The notes under the pieces are model-generated. The model worked only from the letters and a program-made list of their open reading frames with translations, did no database searches and had not been told where the DNA came from. Positions 1 through 9,871 of a stretch of DNA of 64,000 nt are shown one piece after another. Made by a program: the position numbers and the translations under genes. Location: positions 3,681 to 67,680 of the forward strand of contig JABHXF010000048.1 in the NCBI GenBank assembly GCA_018657385.1, written 5' to 3'. Position 1 is the first letter of the stretch; each line of letters opens with the position of its first letter. This DNA comes from Candidatus Woesearchaeota archaeon. Lineage in GTDB: Archaea > Nanobdellota > Nanobdellia > Woesearchaeales > DSVV01.

Positions 1-3000
1 GTAAATTTGAAGATAACAAACTAGCAATTGAAATTGGTATTAGGACAGGGTTTGCTTATCAAACAGCTGGCATAGTTGCTGCACCGTTAGAGGGGTTTAT
101 TGAATTAAAAATTAAAAAAACAAATGATGGAAAAGATTATTTAGCACCATGTTATGCTGGTCCCATTAGGGGGGCAGGTGGTACAGCCGCAGCATTCTCA
201 TTAATGATTGTAGATTATCTCAGAACAAAATTGGGATTTGCAAAATATGATCCTTCTGAAGCAGAAATCAATAGATATAAAACAGAAATTTATGATTATC
301 ATGATCGTATTACAAATCTACAATACTTGCCCTCAGTAGATGAACTTACATTTTTAATGAGACATTTACCAATTGAAATTGATGGTGATCCCACAGAGAA
401 AATTGAAGTTTCTAATTATAAAGATTTGCCTAGGGTGGAATCAAATAGGATTAGAGGAGGGGTTTGTTTAGTATTGGCAGAAGGATTGGCGCAAAAAGCA
501 CCAAAGTTATGGAAAAGACTTGAAAAATGGGGAGAGGAGTTTGAATTAGATTGGTCATTTTTAGGAGAATTCTTAAAACTACAAAAACAAATTAAGGCAA
601 AACAAAAAAATACACAAGATAAACAAAAACTAAGTCCAAACTATACCTTTATTGCAGATCTTGTGGCAGGCAGGCCTGTTTTAACACACCCTATGGCTAA
701 TGGTGGATTGAGATTAAGGTATGGTCGTTCACGTGTTTCTGGATTTTCTGCATCATGCTTAAATCCTATTACAATGGTTGTTCTTAACAAATATATTGCT
801 GTTGGTACACAATTAAAGATTGAGCGACCAGGTAAGGCTGCAGCAGTTACACCATGTGATTCAATAGAAGGGCCAATTGTGAAGCTTGAAGATGGTTCAG
901 TTATGTTGGTTGAAACTATTGAAGAAGCCAAAAAAATATTACCACAAATTTCAGAGATCTTATTTTTAGGAGATATCTTAATTAATTATGGTGATTTTTC
1001 AGAAAATGGGCATATTTTGGTTCCTTGTGGGTATAATGAAGAATGGTGGTTAAGGGATTTAGAAAAAAGAAGTGTGGATTTGTTTGGTACCATAGATACT
1101 GATAAATTTGCGGGCCTTGTTGGTATTGATGTTGAAAAGTTGGATGCCTTTTTTTCTAATCCAATTACAAATAAAATTTCTTCCAAAGACGCTATTTTAA
1201 TTTCAAAAAAATCTAATACTCCTTTACATCCTACTTATACATATCATTGGAATTTAATTAATCATGAAGATTTAGCTCATTTATTTAATTCATGGAGAAA
1301 AGTTAAAATTGTTAAGGATGAGGCAGATTATTCAAAAGCTGTTTTTAGAAATGAGCCACGATTAAAAAAAATATTGGAAGACATTGGTTGTCCACACCAA
1401 TTAATTAATAATGAATTTATTGTTTTGAATAAACAACAAGCAACAATCTTTTCTTATATTTTTAGTGGAATAGAAGATTTTAATATTTCAAAAGAAAAAT
1501 CAATTATTGAAAATTTATTTCAATTAAGTAACTTAATAATCAAAGATAAGTCTGGTACATTTATTGGTGCAAGGATGGGGAGACCAGAGAAAGCAAAAAT
1601 GCGAAAAATGACTGGTAGTCCACAAGTATTATTCCCTGTTGGGGAAGAGGGAGGAAGAACAAGATCATTTCAATCAGCACTAGAAGCTAATAAAGTTTAT
1701 GCAGACTTTTCTTTATTTTCTTGTTCCAAATGTAAAAATGAGACCATATACCGAACTTGTGAAGAATGTAATACTAAAACTAAAAAAATATATGTCTGTA
1801 AAAAATGTGGTAATACTGATAAAAGTAAATGTCCTATTTGTAAAGAGGATTTATCTTATACTTTTTCCAGGAGAGATATAGATATTAAATATTTTTTTAA
1901 TCATGCTATTAAATTGTTTAAAGAGAGAAATTATCCCGATTTAATTAAAGGTGTAAGGGGGACAAGCAATAAAGATCACGTACCTGAACACTTACTAAAG
2001 GGGATTCTTAGGGCAAAGCATAGTTTATATGTTAATAAAGATGGAACAATTCGGTTTGATATGTCAGAACTTCCAATTACACATTTTATTCCTAAAGAAG
2101 TTGGAACACCCATAGAAAGGCTAATTGAATTAGGTTATGAAAAAGATATAAATGGTAAAGAATTAACTTCTCCTGATCAAATCTTAGAAATAAAACCACA
2201 AGATCTTATTTTACCTGGTGGTAAAGAAGGGATGGAAGATCCAGCAAATGAAATTTTGTATAGGGTTGCTAACTTTTTAGATGAATTATTAGTGAAACTT
2301 TATGGGTTGGAGCCATACTATAATCTCAAATCAAAAAAAGATTTAGTGGGACATTTAGTAATTGGGTTAGCACCACATATCTCTTCTGGAAGTGTTGGTA
2401 GGATTATTGGTTTTTCTCAGACACAAGGAATGTTTGCTCACCCAATGTATCATGCAGCTCTAAGAAGAGATTGTGACGGAGATGAAGCTTCAGTTTCATT
2501 ATTATTAGATGGGTTTTTAAATTTTTCTAGTAGGTATCTTCCTGATAGGAGGGGTGCAAAAACAATGGATGCACCATTAGTATTAACTTCTTTACTTAAT
2601 CCTGCAGAAATTGATGATCAGGCACATGGTTTAGATGTTGTTTGGCAGTATCCATTAGAATTATATGAGGCTGCAGAACAATATAAAAACCCATGGGATG
2701 TAAAAATTGAACAAATAACTCATCGTCTTGGTAAACCAACACAATATGAAAAAATGGGATATACCCATTCAACATCTAATATTAATCACAGTGTTTTATT
2801 TTCTGCATATAAATCCCTACCATCAATGGAAGAAAAATTAAATGGTCAAATGCAAATTGCTAAAAATATAAGGGCAGTAAACACATCTAATGTGGCAGAA
2901 ATGATTATTACTAAACATTTTCTTAAAGATACAAAAGGAAATCTTAGAAAATTTTCACAACAAAAATTTAGATGTGTTAAATGTAATGAAAAATTTAGGC

Positions 3001-3224
3001 GACCACCATTAAGGGGGGTTTGTACAAAATGTAATGGTAAAATTATATTTACTATCTCTGAAGGATCTGTTGTAAAATACTTGAATTTAAGTATGAATTT
3101 AGCAGAGACATATAATGTTTCATCACACGTTAAACAAACTTTAATGTTATTAAGGAGCAGAGTTGATAGTGTTTTTGGTAAAGAAAAAGAAACACAAGAA
3201 GGCTTGGATAAATGGTTTAGCTGA
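1..3224 (+). CDS. polC: DNA polymerase D large subunit (DP2), 5'-truncated by window
   Basis: Frame is open from window start (…GIRTGFAYQTAGIVAAPLEG…); motifs LRLRYGRSR, GARMGRPEKAK, RRDCDGDE, C-terminal Zn fingers; no intein seen. Confidence 0.97.
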   Translation, partial: KFEDNKLAIEIGIRTGFAYQTAGIVAAPLEGFIELKIKKTNDGKDYLAPCYAGPIRGAGGTAAAFSLMIVDYLRTKLGFAKYDPSEAEINRYKTEIYDYHDRITNLQYLPSVDELTFLMRHLPIEIDGDPTEKIEVSNYKDLPRVESNRIRGGVCLVLAEGLAQKAPKLWKRLEKWGEEFELDWSFLGEFLKLQKQIKAKQKNTQDKQKLSPNYTFIADLVAGRPVLTHPMANGGLRLRYGRSRVSGFSASCLNPITMVVLNKYIAVGTQLKIERPGKAAAVTPCDSIEGPIVKLEDGSVMLVETIEEAKKILPQISEILFLGDILINYGDFSENGHILVPCGYNEEWWLRDLEKRSVDLFGTIDTDKFAGLVGIDVEKLDAFFSNPITNKISSKDAILISKKSNTPLHPTYTYHWNLINHEDLAHLFNSWRKVKIVKDEADYSKAVFRNEPRLKKILEDIGCPHQLINNEFIVLNKQQATIFSYIFSGIEDFNISKEKSIIENLFQLSNLIIKDKSGTFIGARMGRPEKAKMRKMTGSPQVLFPVGEEGGRTRSFQSALEANKVYADFSLFSCSKCKNETIYRTCEECNTKTKKIYVCKKCGNTDKSKCPICKEDLSYTFSRRDIDIKYFFNHAIKLFKERNYPDLIKGVRGTSNKDHVPEHLLKGILRAKHSLYVNKDGTIRFDMSELPITHFIPKEVGTPIERLIELGYEKDINGKELTSPDQILEIKPQDLILPGGKEGMEDPANEILYRVANFLDELLVKLYGLEPYYNLKSKKDLVGHLVIGLAPHISSGSVGRIIGFSQTQGMFAHPMYHAALRRDCDGDEASVSLLLDGFLNFSSRYLPDRRGAKTMDAPLVLTSLLNPAEIDDQAHGLDVVWQYPLELYEAAEQYKNPWDVKIEQITHRLGKPTQYEKMGYTHSTSNINHSVLFSAYKSLPSMEEKLNGQMQIAKNIRAVNTSNVAEMIITKHFLKDTKGNLRKFSQQKFRCVKCNEKFRRPPLRGVCTKCNGKIIFTISEGSVVKYLNLSMNLAETYNVSSHVKQTLMLLRSRVDSVFGKEKETQEGLDKWFS

Positions 3225-3247
3225 TTTTAATTAACTCATCTTATAAT

Positions 3248-5506
3248 TCACATTATTTTTATTAATTCTTTAATTGCTTTATTCCTTATACAATATCTTG
3301 TCATGTGTTCTGAGTAGAAATTCGGGAATTTTTTTCTTATCACCACAATTGATGAAATAGTGTTAGTTAATAATCTTTTTCTACAATTATGCATACTGGG
3401 TCGTGATTTACTACTCCAAGCATAACATAATTCTATAGATCTAGAATACATTGCATCCAAACAAGAAACCATAAATAATCCCCTCTCTTGTTTTTCTGGT
3501 TCCTCGATACCCCTAAAATAATTATATGATCTTAGATAATGGTCTGTAAATTTTCTTTTTAATAAATAATTCCAATTTGTAAACGTATCTAAAAAATTTA
3601 CAATTTCTACTGTTTGATGAACTATTCCTTTTTCATCCCAATCTATTGCTAATAATCTTTTATTTTCAAGTCCAGGAATTAAACCAGTTTGAATTATCCA
3701 ATTTTCAGGGTGCGAATCTTTATTAAAGACATAATCATGTTTTAATCTTTGATCAACTATAAAACCCTCTCTTAAAATATTAACTAAATTATTTGGTACA
3801 TTTATTCTATCTTTTAACAACCCTACTCTTTCATAAAAATATTCTTTTTGGTCTCTTTCTTCTCTACCCTCTATTGGAATTTTTGCATGAATAAAAGCCA
3901 TTGCAGTTAGTACATTAAATACAGTTGTTATAATAGTTGAATCACTATTGAAATGTTCTCTTAATGTATAACCTATTCCTCTTTTCATTACATTAATTAT
4001 GTTTTTGTCTTCTTTTATCTCAGCAATTGTTTCAGGAAATGCTAAAGTTTCTAATCCCTCCTTGATTTTCATAATTCTTCTAATTGCTTCATCATTTCCT
4101 TTACTTTTTTCTTTTTCTAACTCTATGGTTATTTCTTCTAATGTTTTTCTTTTTTCTATTTTTGCTTGTTCAAGATTAAGTCTGGCTTTATCGGTTTCTT
4201 TTAAGGAATCTTTTTTATAAACATATGTTGAACTTAATGTTGGATTAGATACCATACTTATTATTGAAACTTGTTTTGTAGTTTCACCACAAGAAACTAA
4301 TTTAAATTTACTTTGTTTTTTAAGAGTCTGATAATTTATAATATGCATATCAATGGCTTTTTCATTATCTTCTTTATTTTTAGAATTTTCAAGTTCCTGC
4401 GCATATAGTGTTCTTAGTTCAATATTATTTGGGAAGTGTTGATAAGCTTCATCAAGTATTTTTAATCCTGTTTTTTGCATGCCAGATAAATTACACATAT
4501 AAGCAAGACGACAATATTCAAATACAATGTCATCTTCATTTAACTTAATTTCATTTTCTTTTTTTCTTCTTCTTTTAATTTTTCTTCTTAAATTATGTCT
4601 TCCAATTGTTTGATTAATCAATACATTTAATCTTTTTACTATGGTTGGCACAATAAAAGTATATGGTGTTTTATTTTGATGTGATAATTTTTCTCTTGCC
4701 TTTTTTAATTCAAAAAATCCTTCCCTATATTTTTTTTGTTTGAAATAAATAGAAGATCTGTAAATGTTTGGTTCAATATTATTATTAAATTCTTCTTCCA
4801 TTTCATCTGATAATTCTAAAACTCTTTTATCTTTTCCAATTAATTTATTTCCAACATATTGAAGGACTCTTTTAACATATCTTTTTTGCTTTTGATCTTT
4901 GAAATTCTTTCCAATTTCAAATAAGATATAAGTTGTAGCAATTGTTTGTGGTAAAATACATAACATAGCAGGGATTTGTCTTAATAATTGTTCAGTTAAT
5001 AGTTCTCTTGGTGAATAATCAGTAGATATGTTATGTTCTGGGAGTTTTTCAATTAAATTATTATATTGTGTCATATAATCATCCCATTGTATTTTAGTTC
5101 CAATACATAATAATTCTAATTTTTTCATTATTTCTGGTAAATTTCTAATTCCAGATAGAATTAATCCTGCAGTAATGGGATAATTTAGAATTCTAGTATA
5201 TCCTTTTTGATTATTTGTGGTTACTTTACTTCTCTTTTTTTCATTATCTTTTGATCTTTTTAGAACTAAACTTAAATATAAGATTAAAGATGTTTCTAGG
5301 CCTCTATAAATACTTCTTTCTATTGATACATCTTCTGGTTCACGAAAAAGGTCATTTCTATAAATTAGAAGGGAACTTAATGCAACATATCCCGGAACAA
5401 TTAGTTCAGGATAAAATCTAGTGATTATGTCTTTAGTTTTAGATATTATCTTTCTAAATCTACTATCTTTAACACTATTTTCTATTTTTTCTTCAAGATT
5501 AGCCAT
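3248..5506 (-). CDS. Membrane protein with TPR-like helical middle and C-terminal APH/choline-kinase-like phosphotransferase domain
   Basis: N-terminal hydrophobic segments; helical repeat segment (LKILDEAYQHFPNNIELRTLYAQELE); 'MAFIH', 'NKDSHPENWII' (HxDxxxxN-like) and 'AIDWD' motifs. Confidence 0.55.
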   Translation of the reverse strand: MANLEEKIENSVKDSRFRKIISKTKDIITRFYPELIVPGYVALSSLLIYRNDLFREPEDVSIERSIYRGLETSLILYLSLVLKRSKDNEKKRSKVTTNNQKGYTRILNYPITAGLILSGIRNLPEIMKKLELLCIGTKIQWDDYMTQYNNLIEKLPEHNISTDYSPRELLTEQLLRQIPAMLCILPQTIATTYILFEIGKNFKDQKQKRYVKRVLQYVGNKLIGKDKRVLELSDEMEEEFNNNIEPNIYRSSIYFKQKKYREGFFELKKAREKLSHQNKTPYTFIVPTIVKRLNVLINQTIGRHNLRRKIKRRRKKENEIKLNEDDIVFEYCRLAYMCNLSGMQKTGLKILDEAYQHFPNNIELRTLYAQELENSKNKEDNEKAIDMHIINYQTLKKQSKFKLVSCGETTKQVSIISMVSNPTLSSTYVYKKDSLKETDKARLNLEQAKIEKRKTLEEITIELEKEKSKGNDEAIRRIMKIKEGLETLAFPETIAEIKEDKNIINVMKRGIGYTLREHFNSDSTIITTVFNVLTAMAFIHAKIPIEGREERDQKEYFYERVGLLKDRINVPNNLVNILREGFIVDQRLKHDYVFNKDSHPENWIIQTGLIPGLENKRLLAIDWDEKGIVHQTVEIVNFLDTFTNWNYLLKRKFTDHYLRSYNYFRGIEEPEKQERGLFMVSCLDAMYSRSIELCYAWSSKSRPSMHNCRKRLLTNTISSIVVIRKKFPNFYSEHMTRYCIRNKAIKELIKIM

Positions 5507-5721
5507 GATATCACTATATTTACAAGTTTTTGATATGTTAGTATACCACTAGTCCATTGATGGGTTGTTCTTGACATGTTCTATATTTAGGTCTTAATTA
5601 CATTAAGCTAACTCTATCAGACAAAATTAGTCTAATTTTAATAAGAATAATTAACAAACATTTAAATATTTCTTAATAAATAGATATATTTATAAAAAAT
5701 ATACTATAAAGAGGTACTAAT

Positions 5722-5835
5722 ATGAAAAAAGCATCAGTTTCACTAGATAATTTCGGACTAACAGTTATATCTGTGATTGCCTTTATAGCTTTATTAATTG
5801 TGATAATATATATGCTAACAAGGTCTTTTTATTAG
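5722..5835 (+). CDS. 37-aa pilin-like membrane peptide (class III signal peptide), not in ORF track
   Basis: GAGGT SD at 5711, ATG 5722; MKKA|SVSLDNFGLTVISVIAFIALLIVIIYMLTRSFY*; directly upstream of two class III proteins. Confidence 0.6.
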   Translation: MKKASVSLDNFGLTVISVIAFIALLIVIIYMLTRSFY

Positions 5836-5893
5836 CATTTTTAACATTTAATAAACTTAATACATAGTATAAATTCAAATAAATGATGGTGTA

Positions 5894-6814
5894 ATGGTGA
5901 AATTTAAAAAAAGAGGTCAAGCAAAGAGTAGAACCGTTGAGACCATATTAATTGTAATGGCATTAGCAGCAATTTTAATACTTTCTCCTAAATTATATGG
6001 TTGGGTTCAAGGTGAATCTAAAGATCAAATATGTAAATTTACAGTTGGTTCAAAATTATTTACTAAAATAGGTTCATTTAGTTTTATCAGAGAAAAATGT
6101 CCTGCTTACAACATAATAATTTATGATAATAAAATTGTTAAAGATAATAATCCTTTAGTTTTCAAAACCACATTTACTGATAAGAATGGTAGAGAAAAAA
6201 CTAAAATTTTTAGTGATTTTAATGATTTAGATGATTTAAAAACAGTTAATATGGATGAAGTTTTTGAAGAAAAATTATATTATACTATTGCTGAAGAAAT
6301 GTTAGATTGTTGGACTAAATTTGGAGAGGGAGCAGAAATCTTTGATGAAGATATTATGAAAGATTTGGTTGTTGATAAAAAACTATGTGCAAGATGTTCT
6401 AGATTTATTTTTCATGATAGTATTGTAGAATCTGGAAAAGGCCCATTTTATGGATTGTATGAATACATGGATACACACAAACACAAAGGATCACATTTAA
6501 CATATAATGAAGAATTACAAATGACTGCAATTAATACAAGGGAGAATGTACATATTTTAACAACAGCTGCAAAAGGACCAATTGATCAAAAAGAGACATA
6601 TTATTTTCCAGAAAAACTAGTATTTGATACTAATGTGAATATTGTTCCTTCTGTAAAGAATACTTATGAAATTATTTATTTTATGTGGGATACTGTTCAT
6701 GCTGGTTTTATTAAATCTAAAACAGGAATTCATAACATGGATGTTCCTTCACACGTGTTTTTTGTATCTCCAAATAACATTAATACTTATTTTTGTCAGA
6801 ATTTTGTTAATTAA
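5894..6814 (+). CDS. Pilin-like secreted protein (class III signal peptide), Cys-containing
   Basis: KKRG|QAKSRTVETILIVMALAAILIL; Cys pattern (IAEEMLDCW…CARCS) shared with next gene. Confidence 0.7.
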   Translation: MVKFKKRGQAKSRTVETILIVMALAAILILSPKLYGWVQGESKDQICKFTVGSKLFTKIGSFSFIREKCPAYNIIIYDNKIVKDNNPLVFKTTFTDKNGREKTKIFSDFNDLDDLKTVNMDEVFEEKLYYTIAEEMLDCWTKFGEGAEIFDEDIMKDLVVDKKLCARCSRFIFHDSIVESGKGPFYGLYEYMDTHKHKGSHLTYNEELQMTAINTRENVHILTTAAKGPIDQKETYYFPEKLVFDTNVNIVPSVKNTYEIIYFMWDTVHAGFIKSKTGIHNMDVPSHVFFVSPNNINTYFCQNFVN

Positions 6815-6866
6815 AATTTATCATAGATTATTATATAACCATAAATGGGCATAATTACAAATTAAA

Positions 6867-7799
6867 ATGTTTCAAACAAAAAAATCACAAATGTTAAAGT
6901 ATACTGTTTTAATTATTTTGCTATTCTTTTTTTTATTCTTTTTCTTGGTTTTCCAAAATAGCTTTAATACAAAACATAAGGAAATTGATATGTTAAGTAG
7001 ATGTAAACAATCAACAATGGTTAGCCAATTAAAACAACCAGAAGCATTTAAACAAATTATTCAACAAGAGATTCCCAAAGAAAAATCAGGTTTAGAATTA
7101 GATTGTCCAATTATTTATAAAACAATAAATATTCTAGGGGATGATGATTTTTATGCTAAAAAAATTATTGCCGACCAAATGGCAGGGGCTGTTTACAAAT
7201 TTAATGCTGGTAAAGCAAATCTATTTTCTAGGGTAAAAGGTGAAACAGTTAATTATTGTGTTGTTAGTAGTGTTATAAGTTTTGAAGGTGTAGCTAAAAA
7301 TAAAAAAATCACTGGATTAGAGAAATTTATGGCAGAAAAGAAAACACCTATACTTTTTAGTACCAATACTTATGCAAAATATCTTATGCCTACAGCAACA
7401 GATGATGAATTGTTAAAATATACTCAGGAATTAGTAGCTGTCCAAGATTTAATAGAGATTGATACATCTAATGATTATATTGTGTTATATGTATATCCCA
7501 AGGAAGGTTTCACATCTCAGCTTGAAGCAACTGTCACTGGTGCAACAATTGGCGGAGGTACTGGCTTTTTAATAAATACTATTGCTAATTTTATTCCTCA
7601 AGCAAGAGCAGTTAAATGGTTGTTAGGCACCAAGTTTGTTATTGGAACATCTGCATTAGGTGGGTGGATAGGTAGTTTCTTTGGAGAAGGAAAGGGTTAT
7701 GAAACAGGCAGTTCTGTATTATTATTACCATATCACGAGGAATTGTTAAAAGGACTAGGGTGTGAATTACCAGTGCCATTAGGTGTAAGGCCAAGTTAG
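6867..7799 (+). CDS. Pilin-like secreted protein with C-terminal glycine-rich hydrophobic segment
   Basis: KKS|QMLKY + TM helix; paralogous to 5894 (IADQMAGAV…YCVVSS); GATIGGGTG…GTSALGGWIG segment. Confidence 0.65.
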   Translation: MFQTKKSQMLKYTVLIILLFFFLFFFLVFQNSFNTKHKEIDMLSRCKQSTMVSQLKQPEAFKQIIQQEIPKEKSGLELDCPIIYKTINILGDDDFYAKKIIADQMAGAVYKFNAGKANLFSRVKGETVNYCVVSSVISFEGVAKNKKITGLEKFMAEKKTPILFSTNTYAKYLMPTATDDELLKYTQELVAVQDLIEIDTSNDYIVLYVYPKEGFTSQLEATVTGATIGGGTGFLINTIANFIPQARAVKWLLGTKFVIGTSALGGWIGSFFGEGKGYETGSSVLLLPYHEELLKGLGCELPVPLGVRPS

Positions 7800-7850
7800 T
7801 GTATTTGATATATATTTCTAAGGGTTTTTATGTTTGTGTGTATAGTTATA

Positions 7851-7956
7851 AAGTAAAAAATAACAACAATAATGGCACAGACGGATTTTATTAAATAAAA
7901 TCCTACTCACCTCAAGCAAGCTTTCGGCTCGCCTGGTCTTGTTGTTATTTTTACTT
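7851..7956 (-). ncRNA. Candidate structured small RNA divergent from tRNA-Leu
   Basis: ~18-bp closing stem (7851-7869/7939-7956), internal hairpins GGATTTTAT/ATAAAATCC and CAGGCGAGC-CGAAA-GCTTGCTTG; the latter pairs fully (G-U) only on the minus strand. Confidence 0.4.
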
Positions 7957-7969
7957 GTTTAGGATTAAA

Positions 7970-7977
7970 TTTATAAA
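7970..7977. promoter_or_regulatory. TATA box (TTTATAAA) ~26 nt upstream of tRNA-Leu, palindromic so potentially bidirectional
   Basis: Archaeal TATA consensus at the expected spacing from the tRNA 5' end (8004). Confidence 0.5.
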
Positions 7978-8003
7978 GAATACCTGGTTTTTCTAATCTA
8001 TTT

Positions 8004-8172
8004 GAGGGAGTGCCGGAGTGGCCAAAATTGGAAGCTTATGCTTTCAGTGGCTTGACGGGATGGACTCAAGGTATTTGAGTGCTGAGAGCTCAATTATGAG
8101 TACGATGAAGAAACCAAATATAAGTCATCCATTGGCTTAGTGCCTACTAGGGTTCAAATCCCTACTCCCTCA
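8004..8172 (+). tRNA. tRNA-Leu(CAA) with two introns (D-loop intron 8026-8054; canonical 37/38 intron 8071-8126)
   Basis: Acceptor GAGGGAG/CTCCCTC+A, T arm TAGGG-TTCAAAT-CCCTA, long variable arm, anticodon arm ATGGA-CTCAAG^A-TCCAT; both inserts form bulge-helix-bulge-like junctions; no encoded CCA. Confidence 0.9.
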
Positions 8173-8216
8173 TTTATTATCTATATTTTTATAACTAATT
8201 ATTTAAAAGAAATATT

Positions 8217-8561
8217 TTACTTTTCAAACTCTTTTAATTTACTTTCAATGTGTGTAATGCTTGATTCTAGTTTTTTGAGTTCTTTATTATAATCATATAG
8301 TGTACTTGCTTTTTTAGATCTAGAATATTCTTTTTCTCCTAATTTAACTTTAACCTTTGGCATTTGTTGTTTTAATTGAGAATATAATTTAATAATCTCT
8401 TTCAGTGTATTTCTTAGGTCTTCAATTTCATCTAATTTTTGTTCTCTAACTTGTTTGAATAATTCACATCTCTTTAAACATTCTAATAATGTTCTCTTAG
8501 CTGTTAAAATCTCTGTTCTAAACTTATTTTGATTAATTATATCAATAAAATATTCAACCAT
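8217..8561 (-). CDS. Hypothetical coiled-coil protein
   Basis: 114-aa ORF, heptad-rich, 1 nt from upstream gene. Confidence 0.75.
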   Translation of the reverse strand: MVEYFIDIINQNKFRTEILTAKRTLLECLKRCELFKQVREQKLDEIEDLRNTLKEIIKLYSQLKQQMPKVKVKLGEKEYSRSKKASTLYDYNKELKKLESSITHIESKLKEFEK

Positions 8562-8562
8562 T

Positions 8563-8799
8563 TTATCTATGACCTGCTTGGATTAATGTTTGATCAATTT
8601 TTTGAAGTTTATGTTCAACATCTCCTAACATTTTTCTCCAAAGATTCATTTCAACTTCTTCTTCTTTCTTTAGTTCAGCAACCTTTTTCATGCTCTTTTT
8701 TGCATCTTCAATTTTTGATTTAATTAAATCAATTGTTGCTAACGATTCTTTGTATGTTTCAACTTTAATAAACATTGAATTATCATTTAATATTCCCAT
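8563..8799 (-). CDS. Hypothetical small coiled-coil protein
   Basis: 78-aa ORF with GGTGA SD; MFIKVETY followed by helical hairpin. Confidence 0.75.
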   Translation of the reverse strand: MGILNDNSMFIKVETYKESLATIDLIKSKIEDAKKSMKKVAELKKEEEVEMNLWRKMLGDVEHKLQKIDQTLIQAGHR

Positions 8800-8814
8800 T
8801 TTCTCACCCTGTGT

Positions 8815-9546
8815 CTAATTAAATATTAACGCATCTAACTTTGCAAAATAATTATTAATTAATTCTAACTCATGTTGATATTTATCATATCTTGCTCCTT
8901 TTTCTTCTTGAATACTTGTTAATCTAGTTGTTATGTCTATACTATTTGTAGTTAAGATATTTATTGAACTTAGATTTTCCATTATTTCCCTGTATTCTGT
9001 CATTGATACAAAATACTGTTTAAAAATAGTTGGTCTACTGGGTTTTGGCATATTTGGTTCTAATAATCTGTCATAATTTGGTATTTTTGGTTTTACTGGC
9101 ATAAATGTTTCTTTAAGTTCTTGTTCATCTGGCATATTATCATAACTATGTTCAAAAGGTAATGGACCCATCTCTTTTTGAGCATTAAAATCATGTTCTT
9201 CAGGCATAGAAGGGAACATAGGTGAAGAATCTTGCATTAATTGTGGTTCTTGTGTTAATTCTTGAGGTGGGGAAGGCGGAATATCTTCATTAAATTCTTT
9301 TGGTTGTTGCTGCTCTTCCATATCTTCTGGTGGAAGTGGAATATTAACCTCTTCTTCTGATTCAGGCCCTGTTGGTAAGGGTACATCATCTAATATGGTT
9401 TGTTCTTGTCTGCTATTAGATTCAATTGAAGGTATTGGTGGGATGTCTGGTTCACCAAAACTACTTGAAGAATCAACTTCCCCTGGACTTGGCACATCTA
9501 ACCTTGGTGGTGCATCTATCTTTTTTTTCTTACTAAATAATCCCAT
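8815..9546 (-). CDS. Hypothetical protein, Pro/Glu-rich disordered N-terminus with C-terminal coiled-coil domain
   Basis: MGLFSKKKK amphipathic start; C-terminal YFVSMTEY + helical hairpin similar to 8563-8799. Confidence 0.75.
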   Translation of the reverse strand: MGLFSKKKKIDAPPRLDVPSPGEVDSSSSFGEPDIPPIPSIESNSRQEQTILDDVPLPTGPESEEEVNIPLPPEDMEEQQQPKEFNEDIPPSPPQELTQEPQLMQDSSPMFPSMPEEHDFNAQKEMGPLPFEHSYDNMPDEQELKETFMPVKPKIPNYDRLLEPNMPKPSRPTIFKQYFVSMTEYREIMENLSSINILTTNSIDITTRLTSIQEEKGARYDKYQHELELINNYFAKLDALIFN

Positions 9547-9871
9547 TAAATCACCTAATATACTATATTATTCTTTATTTATACCTTATATATTGACTGC
9601 TTATTAAAAGTTTTTGTACAACTATTGAATAACAAAAAGAGAATTTGTTTGATTTATGTATATGAAATGATTTAAAATTGATCTTATTAATATGTTTTAA
9701 GTACACATCAATACACAATAATACTTATTAATTGATTTAATACATAGGTTCTATTATAACAAAAAATATAAAGCTCTTTGTGTAATCTTTTCAATCTGAT
9801 ATGGTAATAATCAGACTAAATTTAAATTCTAGTAGTTTTTTTCTAATAAAATTTATCCATGGGGTGAAAAA

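Noticed and set aside
1-3224. Intein in PolD large subunit
   Set aside because: Sequence around the catalytic RRDCDGDE is continuous; no intein motifs
7851-8172. Integrated element attachment site at the tRNA
   Set aside because: No duplicate of the tRNA 3' end and no integrase seen in the window
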